DNA of 64,000 nucleotides, taken from the NCBI GenBank assembly GCA_035284865.1, contig JAYKHL010000082.1:476-64475 (forward strand), read 5' to 3'. A program made the position numbers and the translations under genes. The notes beneath the pieces were generated by a model that was not told the DNA's origin, ran no database searches, and worked only from the letters and a program-made list of their open reading frames with translations. This document shows positions 18,077 through 25,362 of the stretch, piece after piece. This DNA comes from Candidatus Sericytochromatia bacterium. GTDB taxonomy: Bacteria; Cyanobacteriota; Sericytochromatia; S15B-MN24; JAQBPE01. The stretch's first letter is position 1. The number at the start of each line of letters is the position of its first letter.

Positions 18077-19267
18077 GTGCGGATCGCGCTCGTGTGCCCG
18101 AGGCTGCCGCCTCACCCTGGCGGCGTGGCGGACCACGCTGCACGCTGGGCCGAGGCCATCGCCACCCACCTCGGCCACGAGGTCATCGCCCTGACCGGCC
18201 CCGGGGCGTCCTCGCCAGGCGTGCCAGGCGTCCGCCTCGCGCCCCCCGTGGAGGCCTGGGGCCTGGCCGCCCCCCGAAGCCTGCCGGCCGCCATCGCGGC
18301 CGTGGCGCCCGACCTGGTCGTGCTGCAGTACGTCCCTCAGCTGTACGAGCGCCGGGGCTTCAGCCTGGGCATCGCGCTGGCTGCGCGGACCGTGGCCCTG
18401 GCCGGCTGGCCCTTGCTGACGACGGCCCACGAGCTCTGCTTCGGCTGGCCCGAGGGGCTGCGCCACGCGCCGGCCGGCCTCGTGCAGCGACTCGCCCTCG
18501 TCCCCCTCGTCCGGGCCAGCAGGCGCCTGGTGGTCACGGTCGCGGCACGCGAGGCCGCCTTGAGGCGGGCGTTTCCCTCCCTCGCCGGCCGGTTCAAGAC
18601 CCTGCCGGTGGGCCCCAACCTGCCGCCCCTGCCAGGCGTGGACCGGGCGGCCTGGCGCCGGGCACGCGGCTGGACCGCCGAGGAGATCGTGCTGGTGTTT
18701 CAGGGCGGCGCGCACCCCAGCAAGGATCGGGAGGCCCTGCTGGCTGCGCTGGAGGGCCTGGACGCGGCCGGCCTTGGGGGCCGGCTCGTCTGCCTGGGCG
18801 GGGCACCTCCCGTGGCCCACCCGCGGGTGACCGGGCTGGGCCAGCTGGAAGAGCGGGAGGCTCGGGAGGCCCTCTCCGCCGCGGACGTGGCCCTCGCGCC
18901 GTTCCTGGACGGCGCCTCGGGCCGCCGAAGCTCCCTCGCCAACGCCCTGGCCTGCGGGCTCGCGGTGGTGTCCACCGAGGGGCACCACACCGATCCCGCC
19001 TGGGCGCGTGCGGAGGCCATGCGCCTGGCCCCGGCAGGGGACCCCGCGGCGTTCGCCCGGGCGGTGGTGTCGGTGGTCGCGGACGAGGCCACGCGCCGGC
19101 GCCTCGGGGCGGCGGCAGCGAGGTTCGCCGCGGCCACCCTCGGGTGGGACGTGCTGGCCCGGGCCTGGGCCCCGCTGCTGGAGGAAGCCCTCAAGCCCCC
19201 AGCGGCGCCGGGGGCCTCGGAGGCAGCCCCGTGCGGCGCCGCGAGCGACGCAGCGGAAGGGCCGTGA
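18077..19267 (+). CDS. glycosyltransferase family 4-like
   Basis: The start is GTG. MRIALVCPRLPPHPGGVADHA is the N-terminal region. The C-terminal half carries a degenerate GT-B motif (VALAPFLDGASGRRSSLANALACGLAVVST). Confidence 0.7.
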   Translation: MRIALVCPRLPPHPGGVADHAARWAEAIATHLGHEVIALTGPGASSPGVPGVRLAPPVEAWGLAAPRSLPAAIAAVAPDLVVLQYVPQLYERRGFSLGIALAARTVALAGWPLLTTAHELCFGWPEGLRHAPAGLVQRLALVPLVRASRRLVVTVAAREAALRRAFPSLAGRFKTLPVGPNLPPLPGVDRAAWRRARGWTAEEIVLVFQGGAHPSKDREALLAALEGLDAAGLGGRLVCLGGAPPVAHPRVTGLGQLEEREAREALSAADVALAPFLDGASGRRSSLANALACGLAVVSTEGHHTDPAWARAEAMRLAPAGDPAAFARAVVSVVADEATRRRLGAAAARFAAATLGWDVLARAWAPLLEEALKPPAAPGASEAAPCGAASDAAEGP

Positions 19268-19312
19268 TGGGGCGGTAGAAGAGGGCCGGAGCCCCCGCCG
19301 CGCGACGCCGAC

Positions 19313-19606
19313 TCATGGCTGCGCCTCCGGGCGGGCACCGACCGCCTGCCCCGTGCCGATCAGCCGCAGCTCCTTGACGCGCTGCCGGCGGGCCGGTGCT
19401 CGCAGGGCGCGGGTGTGCAGCTCTCCGGCCAGCGGCGCGTGCCAGTCGGCCGCGTGGGTGCGCCCAGCAGCCCCGAGGGGGGCTGCGGAGCTCGTCGCCA
19501 GGGGCGACGCCCCCACGGCAAGCGGTGCGGCGGGGACAGCCCCGGCCGGAACCGTCGCGACGGCCAGCAGGGCGGTGACGGTGCTCGCGAGCAAGATGGG
19601 AAGCAT
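19313..19606 (-). CDS. small secreted protein (hypothetical)
   Basis: The start is an internal ATG of track ORF 19313..19681, with GAGGG 9 nt upstream. MLPILLASTVTALLAVATVPAGA looks like a signal peptide. The 97-aa product is encoded divergently from the histidine kinase. Confidence 0.4.
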   Translation of the reverse strand: MLPILLASTVTALLAVATVPAGAVPAAPLAVGASPLATSSAAPLGAAGRTHAADWHAPLAGELHTRALRAPARRQRVKELRLIGTGQAVGARPEAQP

Positions 19607-19697
19607 TCGGTGGCCCTCACAAGACGTTCTGTCTCTTGGATCTTGGCGGGTCGGCCACGTTCTGTCTGCGCGGTCCGTCACGTCGCCGGGGTCACCC

Positions 19698-19706
19698 TGG
19701 TAGAAT
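19698..19706 (+). promoter_or_regulatory. extended -10 box TGGTAGAAT at the histidine-kinase 5' end
   Basis: The hexamer overlaps ATG 19705. If this box is used, translation would begin at the in-frame GTG 19726, which has GGAGAG 7 nt upstream. Confidence 0.35.
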
Positions 19707-21183
19707 GACCCCCGGAGAGTGGCGTGTGAGCGAGACCTACTGGTTGGTGCCGGCGCTGGTGGCGGACGCCCTCGCGCTGCTGATGGTCACGGGGCTGTCG
19801 GCCCTGGTGCTCTGGCAGTTCCCCAAGACGTTCTTCCGCGCCTGGGTGGTCGGCCAGGCCTGGCGGTGCGCGGCGGTGCTGCTCGGGGCCGCGGCTGCCG
19901 CCTGGCCCGGGCACCCGCTGCTGGCGGGCGTGGTGCTGGCCTGCATGGTGACAACCAGCCTGGCAGTGGTTGACACCGGCCTGGCCTACCGGGGCATCAC
20001 CCTCGCGGCACGGTGGCGCTGGGCCGCCTGGCTGCTGCTGGTGGGCGCGGGCGGGGCCCTCTCGGCCGCGGGCGGGGCCCCTGACACGGCGGTGTACGTG
20101 CCGGGCTTCCTCGGCTATGCGGCCTCGTCGGCGCTGCTGGTCTGGGCGTTCTGGCCGACGGGCCCCTTGGGCAGCGTGCTTGGCCAGCGGCTGGTCTCGG
20201 GGGTCGCGGTCGTCTGGGTCGTGGAGGCCCTCGTGTATCCGGTGGTCATCCAGCGCAGCCTCCCCTGGGTGGCCCCGCTGCAGGTCGGCTCCGCGCTGCT
20301 GACCGTGACCATCGGGATGGGCATGATCATCCTGCTGCTGGAACAGTCACTTGGCCGCGAGCAGCGGCTCGTGCTGGAGTCTCGCGAGCAGACGCAGGAG
20401 CTGGTGCGCACGCTGGAGGCCCTGGCCCGAAGCCGCAGCGAGGCTGCCCACCACACGTGGGTGGCCCGCGAGCAGGGGGCCCTCGTGCGGCAGATCGTGC
20501 ACGACCTGCGGAACGCCACGCAGGCGCTCCAGCTGATCGCGGAGGAAATCGATGCGGTGACACGGCACTCGCCCGAGGTCCAGGCCCTGCTGGCGGCCCT
20601 GGACCGTCAGCTGACCTTCATCTCGACCTTTCTGAGCGAGAAGCTGGTGTGGATCGCCAACCGACAGCCCGGTCCGGTGGAGGGCACGGCGATCGGCCCC
20701 GTGTTCGAGGCGCTGGCGTCGACCTTCGCGCCCATCCTGGCCACCCGCGGACAGACGCTGCATGTCACCCCGCCCGAAGGGCCCTGGCGGCTGCGGGTCT
20801 CGCAGGTGGAGCTCGATCAGATCGTCGGCAACCTGCTGCGCAACGCCCACGAGCACACCTCAGACGGGACGGCCATCCGCCTCTGGGCGGCCGTGTCGGA
20901 CGGCTGGGCGACTTTTTACGTGGCGGACAACGGCCCTGGTCTGGCCCTGCAGGACCAGGCCCGGCTGGGGCGAAGCGAGCCCCGTGCGGACGGCAGCGGC
21001 GTGGGGCTCGCCAACGTCTTTGCCCTGGTCACCCGGGCGGGTGGGGCGTTCGGCGTCGTCAGCGAGCCGGGAGCAGGTGCCACCTTCCACGTGCGGCTCC
21101 CGTTGACGGCCTGGGGTGAGGCAGCGCCCCCGGCAGCCGCCCAGGCTTCACGGGCGGCAACGCCGGCCGACGAAGCAGCGTGA
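19705..21183 (+). CDS. membrane sensor histidine kinase (orphan)
   Basis: The N-terminal half is polytopic. The H-box is LVRQIVHDLRNATQAL. The HATPase_c N/G boxes are IVGNLLRNAHEHT, ADNGPGL and GSGVGLANV. The start is either ATG 19705 or GTG 19726. No response regulator is adjacent. Confidence 0.85.
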   Translation: MTPGEWRVSETYWLVPALVADALALLMVTGLSALVLWQFPKTFFRAWVVGQAWRCAAVLLGAAAAAWPGHPLLAGVVLACMVTTSLAVVDTGLAYRGITLAARWRWAAWLLLVGAGGALSAAGGAPDTAVYVPGFLGYAASSALLVWAFWPTGPLGSVLGQRLVSGVAVVWVVEALVYPVVIQRSLPWVAPLQVGSALLTVTIGMGMIILLLEQSLGREQRLVLESREQTQELVRTLEALARSRSEAAHHTWVAREQGALVRQIVHDLRNATQALQLIAEEIDAVTRHSPEVQALLAALDRQLTFISTFLSEKLVWIANRQPGPVEGTAIGPVFEALASTFAPILATRGQTLHVTPPEGPWRLRVSQVELDQIVGNLLRNAHEHTSDGTAIRLWAAVSDGWATFYVADNGPGLALQDQARLGRSEPRADGSGVGLANVFALVTRAGGAFGVVSEPGAGATFHVRLPLTAWGEAAPPAAAQASRAATPADEAA

Positions 21184-21532
21184 GGAGCCCGCCGCGACGG
21201 TGGCCCGGGCGGGAGAGCAGCCCCAACCCCACGATCAGCCGCACCTGGGCCGGGGCGTGCACGCCCACCAGCAGGCGCAGCAGCCCCAGGGCGGCGGGCA
21301 GGATCTCGGCCTGCGAGGCCGTGGCGCGAGGCAGGACGGTGCTGCAGTGGTGCCGGCAGCCGTCCGCGTCGATCAGGGTCACGGTGACGCGACGCGCCCA
21401 GCGCCCCCGCCGACGCAGGTTCCGGCAGGTGGCAGCGACCACGCCCGAGAGCCGGTCGGCCCAGGCGTCCCAGGGGGCGCCGGCGGTGACGCGGGGGGAC
21501 ACAACCGCGGGGTGAGAGAACAGCGACAGCAT
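21059..21532 (-). CDS. Y-family DNA polymerase little-finger-like fragment (stand-alone ORF or gene remnant)
   Basis: A strong GAGGAGG SD lies 5 nt upstream of ATG 21532. LSGVVAATCRNLRRRGRWARRVTVTLIDADG...STVLPRATASQAEILPAALGLLRLL...VRLIVGLGLLS resembles the DinB/ImuB C-terminal domain. There is no catalytic domain. The last ~40 codons run antisense through the kinase 3' end. Confidence 0.45.
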   Translation of the reverse strand: MLSLFSHPAVVSPRVTAGAPWDAWADRLSGVVAATCRNLRRRGRWARRVTVTLIDADGCRHHCSTVLPRATASQAEILPAALGLLRLLVGVHAPAQVRLIVGLGLLSRPGHRRGGLLTLLRRPALPPVKPGRLPGALPHPRPSTGAARGRWHLLPAR

Positions 21533-21554
21533 CGGGGCCTCCTCTTGACGCCTT

Positions 21555-21568
21555 GGAACGCTTGTTCG
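21555..21568. promoter_or_regulatory. LexA-type (Cheo) box 1: GGAACGCTTGTTCG
   Basis: It is a GAAC-N4-GTTC palindrome matching CGAAC-N4-GTTCG at 13 of 14 positions, 23 nt upstream of ATG 21532. Confidence 0.5.
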
Positions 21569-21579
21569 AAAAGCTTAAT

Positions 21580-21593
21580 CGAAAGCTTGTTCG
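21580..21593. promoter_or_regulatory. LexA-type (Cheo) box 2: CGAAAGCTTGTTCG
   Basis: It matches CGAAC-N4-GTTCG at 13 of 14 positions, and with its flanks (TCGAAAGCTTGTTCGA) matches TCGAAC-N4-GTTCGA at 15 of 16. It lies 25 nt from box 1. Confidence 0.5.
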
Positions 21594-21654
21594 AGGACCA
21601 GTGACGGCTGTCACCAAGCACGGTATGATGGGACCGTTCGCACCTGAGGCCATC

Positions 21655-22146
21655 ATGCAACGTGTCCTAACGGTTGGCATCGGGCTCGCCCTCCTGGCGG
21701 GCTGCAGAGGAAACGCCCCGCTATCGGGGGCAGCGCCTGCCGCGGCGATCCCACGTGGCGCCACCTTGATCGGCCTCGATGCGGGCACCCTCGTCGGCGT
21801 GGATGCGGGCAGCATGGCGGCCAGCGGAGCCCGGTCATCGCCCTCGTGCCTGGCCCAACGCGTCCACCTCCCTGCTGCGCCGGAACCCGTGCGGGGACAG
21901 CCCCTACCCCTTGCCGTGGAGGCAAGCGTCACCGGGCTGCGCATCGACTGGAGTGCCTCGGCGGGCACGCTGTCCAGCCCCTCCGGGCCGGAGGTGGCCT
22001 GGACGGTCCCGGACGGCGACGGCAGCTTCACCGCGCAAGCCCTGGTCACCAGCCCAGCCGGAGAGACGCTGACGCTGACGTGGGTGCTGTCCAGCGAGGG
22101 AACCACCCTCACGCTGGCTGCCCCCACCTCCCCCCCCTGTCCCTAG
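21655..22146 (+). CDS. lipoprotein (hypothetical)
   Basis: The start is an internal ATG of track ORF 21553..22146, with GAGG upstream. MQRVLTVGIGLALLAGC is a signal peptide with a lipobox. A possible promoter GTGACG-17-TATGAT lies at 21601..21629. Confidence 0.6.
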   Translation: MQRVLTVGIGLALLAGCRGNAPLSGAAPAAAIPRGATLIGLDAGTLVGVDAGSMAASGARSSPSCLAQRVHLPAAPEPVRGQPLPLAVEASVTGLRIDWSASAGTLSSPSGPEVAWTVPDGDGSFTAQALVTSPAGETLTLTWVLSSEGTTLTLAAPTSPPCP

Positions 22147-22159
22147 GCTCGCCACGCCG

Positions 22160-23404
22160 ATGTTGCGGGTCGACGAGGCGCGCGCGCGGATCCTGGCCAC
22201 CCTGTCCGCCTTGCCGGCCAGACCGGTCGCGCTCCCGGAGGCCTGTGGCAGCGTGCTGGCTGAAGGCATCCGAGCCACCGAGGCCTTGCCGCCCTTCGAC
22301 AACGCGGCCGTGGACGGCTACGCCGTCCGGGTCGCCTGCGTGCGGGGGGCCTCGGCCGACACTCCGGTCCCGCTGCGCATCACGGGCGAGGCGCCCGCAG
22401 GTCGGCCGGTCGATGGCCTCGTGGTGAGGCCGGGCTGTGCCGTGCGGGTCATGACCGGTGCCCCCCTGCCCGCTGGCACAGAGGCCGTCGTGATGCGGGA
22501 GGACACCCACGAGGCGCCTGAGGCGGTGCGGGTGTGCGCCCCGGCGGCCCCCGGAGAGCACATCCGGCGAGCCGGCGAGGACGTGGCGCCGGGCGCCGCG
22601 GTGCTGGGCGCCGGCGCCACCCTGAAGCCCAGCGCGATCGCCCTGCTCGGCGCGCTGGGCGTGACGCGGGTGGTGGCCCACCGCCGACCGAGCGTGGCGC
22701 TGCTCGCGACGGGCGATGAACTGGTGTGGCCCGACGAGCCGCTTCGCCCTGGCCAGATCCGGGCCAGCAGTGCCCTTGCGCTGGAGGCCCTGGTGCGGGC
22801 GGCCGGAGGCGAACCGCGCCAGCTCGGCATCGTGCCGGACGATCGGGCGGCGCTCGAGGCGGCCCTGGCGCGGGCCTCCCAGGCCGACCTGATCCTCACC
22901 ACGGGAGGGGTGTCGGTGGGGGACCACGACCTCGTCCGGCAGGTGCTGGAGCGCGAGGGCGCGATCGCCTTCTGGCGGATCGACATGCAGCCGGGGAAGC
23001 CGCTTGCCTTCGGCCACTGGGCTGGCACCCCCCTGCTCGGCCTCCCCGGAAACCCCGTCAGCAGCCTGGTGTGCTTCGAGCTGTTCGCCCGCCCTGCCAT
23101 CCGTCGGCTGGCAGGGCACACCGCCGTGGTGCGGCCCTCGCTTCAGGCACGTCTCGCTGCCAACCACGAGAAGCGCGCGCCACGGCGTCAGTACCTGCGC
23201 GCCGCCGTGGCGCTGACCGACCAGGGACTGACAGCCACGCTGGCAACGCGCCAGGGCTCGCACCAGCTGACGGGGCTGGTGCAGGGCAACGCCCTGGTGG
23301 TGCTGCCCGAGGGGCCGGGGCACTGGGCAGCGGGGGATGCCGTCGAGGTGCTGCTGCTGGAGGAGCTGGAGGCCTATGGACATCGCGATCCTGACGCTCA
23401 GTGA
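22160..23404 (+). CDS. moeA: molybdopterin molybdenumtransferase
   Basis: MLRVDEARARILATL...EALPPFDNAAVDGYAV, VMTGAPLP.GTEAVV, and the later ADLILTTGGVSVGDHD and PGKP...LPGNPVS are MoeA hallmarks. Confidence 0.9.
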   Translation: MLRVDEARARILATLSALPARPVALPEACGSVLAEGIRATEALPPFDNAAVDGYAVRVACVRGASADTPVPLRITGEAPAGRPVDGLVVRPGCAVRVMTGAPLPAGTEAVVMREDTHEAPEAVRVCAPAAPGEHIRRAGEDVAPGAAVLGAGATLKPSAIALLGALGVTRVVAHRRPSVALLATGDELVWPDEPLRPGQIRASSALALEALVRAAGGEPRQLGIVPDDRAALEAALARASQADLILTTGGVSVGDHDLVRQVLEREGAIAFWRIDMQPGKPLAFGHWAGTPLLGLPGNPVSSLVCFELFARPAIRRLAGHTAVVRPSLQARLAANHEKRAPRRQYLRAAVALTDQGLTATLATRQGSHQLTGLVQGNALVVLPEGPGHWAAGDAVEVLLLEELEAYGHRDPDAQ

Positions 23405-23849
23405 CTCCCGAGGCCCCCGCGAGGACGAGAGCGGACGCGTGGTGGCCGAGATCGTGGCGCGCTGGCCTGGCGCGACGGTGCGCGAGCGGGCCGTGCTGCC
23501 AGACGACCGCCCTGTGATCGAGGCAGCCCTGCGCCGCCTCGCGGACGAGGCTGGGGTGGCCCTCGTCCTCACCACGGGTGGGACGGGCGTCGCGCCGCGG
23601 GACGTCACGCCCGAGGCCACGCTGGCCGTCTGTGACCGCCTGGTGCCCGGGCTGCCGGAGCTCATGCGGGCCGTCAGCCTGGCGAAGACCCCGATGGCAA
23701 GCCTCTCCCGCGCCCAGGCGGGCTTGCGGGGCAGCACCCTGATCGTCAACCTGCCCGGCAGCCCCCGGGGCGCGCGCGAATGCCTGGAAGCGATCGCCCC
23801 GGTGCTGCCTCACGCCGTCACGCTGGCCGGTGGCGGGCGGCCGCACTGA
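23376..23849 (+). CDS. molybdenum cofactor biosynthesis protein, MogA/MoaB family
   Basis: The start is an internal ATG of track ORF 23337..23849, with GGAGGAG upstream; it overlaps moeA by 29 nt. MDIAILTLSDSR, LVLTTGGTGVAPRDVTPEAT and VNLPGSP match the MoCF_biosynth domain. Confidence 0.85.
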   Translation: MDIAILTLSDSRGPREDESGRVVAEIVARWPGATVRERAVLPDDRPVIEAALRRLADEAGVALVLTTGGTGVAPRDVTPEATLAVCDRLVPGLPELMRAVSLAKTPMASLSRAQAGLRGSTLIVNLPGSPRGARECLEAIAPVLPHAVTLAGGGRPH

Positions 23850-23896
23850 GGGCGCGGCGAAACGCTCGCCCCGCGACGCGCCCCCACGGGCCGGCC

Positions 23897-23919
23897 CCAG
23901 CTGGCACCTGCGCCGATGG
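23897..23919. repeat. 23-nt direct repeat, copy 1: CCAGCTGGCACCTGCGCCGATGG
   Basis: It lies in the 294-nt mog/lipoprotein intergenic region and contains the CCAGCTGG palindrome. Confidence 0.8.
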
Positions 23920-23969
23920 CCCCGGGGCAGGCAGAGGACCTGGGCGCGCTGGGGGCCCACGGCCTGCCT

Positions 23970-23992
23970 CCAGCTGGCACTTGCGCCGATGG
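23970..23992. repeat. 23-nt direct repeat, copy 2: CCAGCTGGCACTTGCGCCGATGG
   Basis: It matches copy 1 at 22 of 23 positions, 73 nt downstream. It is followed by the GACGTGACGTC palindrome (23994..24004). Confidence 0.8.
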
Positions 23993-24143
23993 GGACGTGA
24001 CGTCGGCGCCCGATCCCGGAAGGCGCCTGAGGGGCAGCAGGGATGGGGGCAGCCACGACACCCCAAGGGGCGCAACACCGGCCGATTAAAGTTGCGACCA
24101 GGGAGTATGGGACCGTTAGCCGCTTCATGAAGGGTTGACCACC

Positions 24144-25316
24144 ATGCAGCGCTCCAGATTCTTTCCTTTGCTGATCCTGGGCACGGCGACGCTGGGGTGT
24201 CAGAACATCCCTGCCATCCAGTTGCCGCTGATCGAAGAGCGAGATGCCACCGTCCGGACCCGGGCTGCTGCCCCACGGGTCGTGGACAAGCGGCCTGCCT
24301 CGGTCACGGTCGAGACGAGCAAGGACCTCCCGAGCCCGCAACCTGCACCGCTCGATCCAGGCACGGCGACGCAGGTGACCACCAAGGTGCCCAACGCGGA
24401 CGGCAGCAGCAGCGAGGTGAAGAACGGGGCGACGGGCGGTGTCACCGTGGAAAGTGGTTCCGCGGACGGTCGCTTCATCGACCCGGCCACGGGCAAGGTG
24501 CTCGTGACCGCGGACGGCCCCACGCTTCTCTCGGTCGACATCGTCGAGAACCCGTCCTTGAGCTTGATCCCCATCCTCAAAGAAGATGGCAGCGTGGACT
24601 CGATCATGTGGTCCCCCGCGCTGCCCGTGATGACCTGGAACCTGGTGGCCTCGAGCGGAAAGGATGCCGTGCGGGCGAGCAAGGTGCGCGTGACCTATCG
24701 CTCCAAGGCCGTGCTGGCTACGCCGGAGGCGTTCGCGCCGCCGTCGGTCACGCCCGCTGCGTCGCCGACCGTCTCTCCCCAACCGACGGCGAGTGGCACC
24801 GTGCCCGGGGCCTTCAGGCTCCGACAACTCGCCCCCCCAGGCGGCACGATGCCGCCGGGCGGGATGGTCCCCCCGGACGGGACCATGCCCCCAGGCGGGA
24901 TGATGCCCCCGGACGGAACGTTGCCCCCAGGTGGGATGATGCCCCCCGACGGAACCATGCCCCCAGGCGGAATGATGCCTCCGGGCGGGATGATGCCTCC
25001 GGGCGGGATGATGCCGCCAGGCGGCACGGGGGGGTTCGTCCCGCCCTCCATCAAGATCCCGATGGAGCGGGATGGCGACCCCATCAGTGGGACCTTCAGC
25101 CTGACGGACTTTGGATGGCCCTCCGAGTTCAAGCCCGGGACCACCAGCTTGCTGTCCTTCAACCTGGACCGGGCTGACACGTATGCCTTCTTCGCGAAGA
25201 ACGGCGACACGATCCGGTTTGAGGTGACCGTCGCGTTGCTGACCGAGGGCGACGCCCCCCTGCAAGACAAGCTGGGCAAGCCCGTGGAGTTCGTCGCGAC
25301 CGTGAAGCGGATCTGA
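24144..25316 (+). CDS. lipoprotein with Met/Pro-rich hexapeptide repeat array (hypothetical)
   Basis: MQRSRFFPLLILGTATLGC has a lipobox. The track start TTG 24135 is 3 codons upstream. The product has an N-terminal domain, 11 hexapeptide repeats, and a C-terminal domain shared with the 26204 gene. Confidence 0.7.
   Translation: MQRSRFFPLLILGTATLGCQNIPAIQLPLIEERDATVRTRAAAPRVVDKRPASVTVETSKDLPSPQPAPLDPGTATQVTTKVPNADGSSSEVKNGATGGVTVESGSADGRFIDPATGKVLVTADGPTLLSVDIVENPSLSLIPILKEDGSVDSIMWSPALPVMTWNLVASSGKDAVRASKVRVTYRSKAVLATPEAFAPPSVTPAASPTVSPQPTASGTVPGAFRLRQLAPPGGTMPPGGMVPPDGTMPPGGMMPPDGTLPPGGMMPPDGTMPPGGMMPPGGMMPPGGMMPPGGTGGFVPPSIKIPMERDGDPISGTFSLTDFGWPSEFKPGTTSLLSFNLDRADTYAFFAKNGDTIRFEVTVALLTEGDAPLQDKLGKPVEFVATVKRI
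24834..25031 (+). repeat. 11 tandem 18-nt coding repeats, PP[GD]G[MT][MLVG]
   Basis: The units read PPGGTM PPGGMV PPDGTM PPGGMM PPDGTL PPGGMM PPDGTM PPGGMM PPGGMM PPGGMM PPGGTG. They are in frame, and synonymous differences between units argue against an assembly artefact. Confidence 0.9.
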
Positions 25317-25362
25317 GAGGTGCTTCGCCGTGAAATTCATCCTGACCGAGGCTGAGCCGCCG

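Noticed and set aside
21601-21614. The palindrome GTGACGGCTGTCAC as a third operator.
   Set aside because: It has only 5-nt arms, and GTGACG also fits as a -35 element 17 nt upstream of TATGAT (21624..21629) for the lipoprotein gene. The evidence is insufficient to call a separate site.
23900-23990. A possible sigma-54 promoter, because the direct repeats contain TGGCAC followed by TTGC.
   Set aside because: In copy 2, TGGCAC is followed immediately by TTGCG. The GG-to-GC spacing is therefore about 6 nt instead of the required 10, and copy 1 lacks TTGC altogether.
24834-25031. A tandem 18-nt repeat array considered as a CRISPR or VNTR-type non-coding repeat.
   Set aside because: There are no spacers. 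The units are contiguous, in frame with a signal-peptide-bearing ORF, and encode a coherent hexapeptide. It is a coding repeat.
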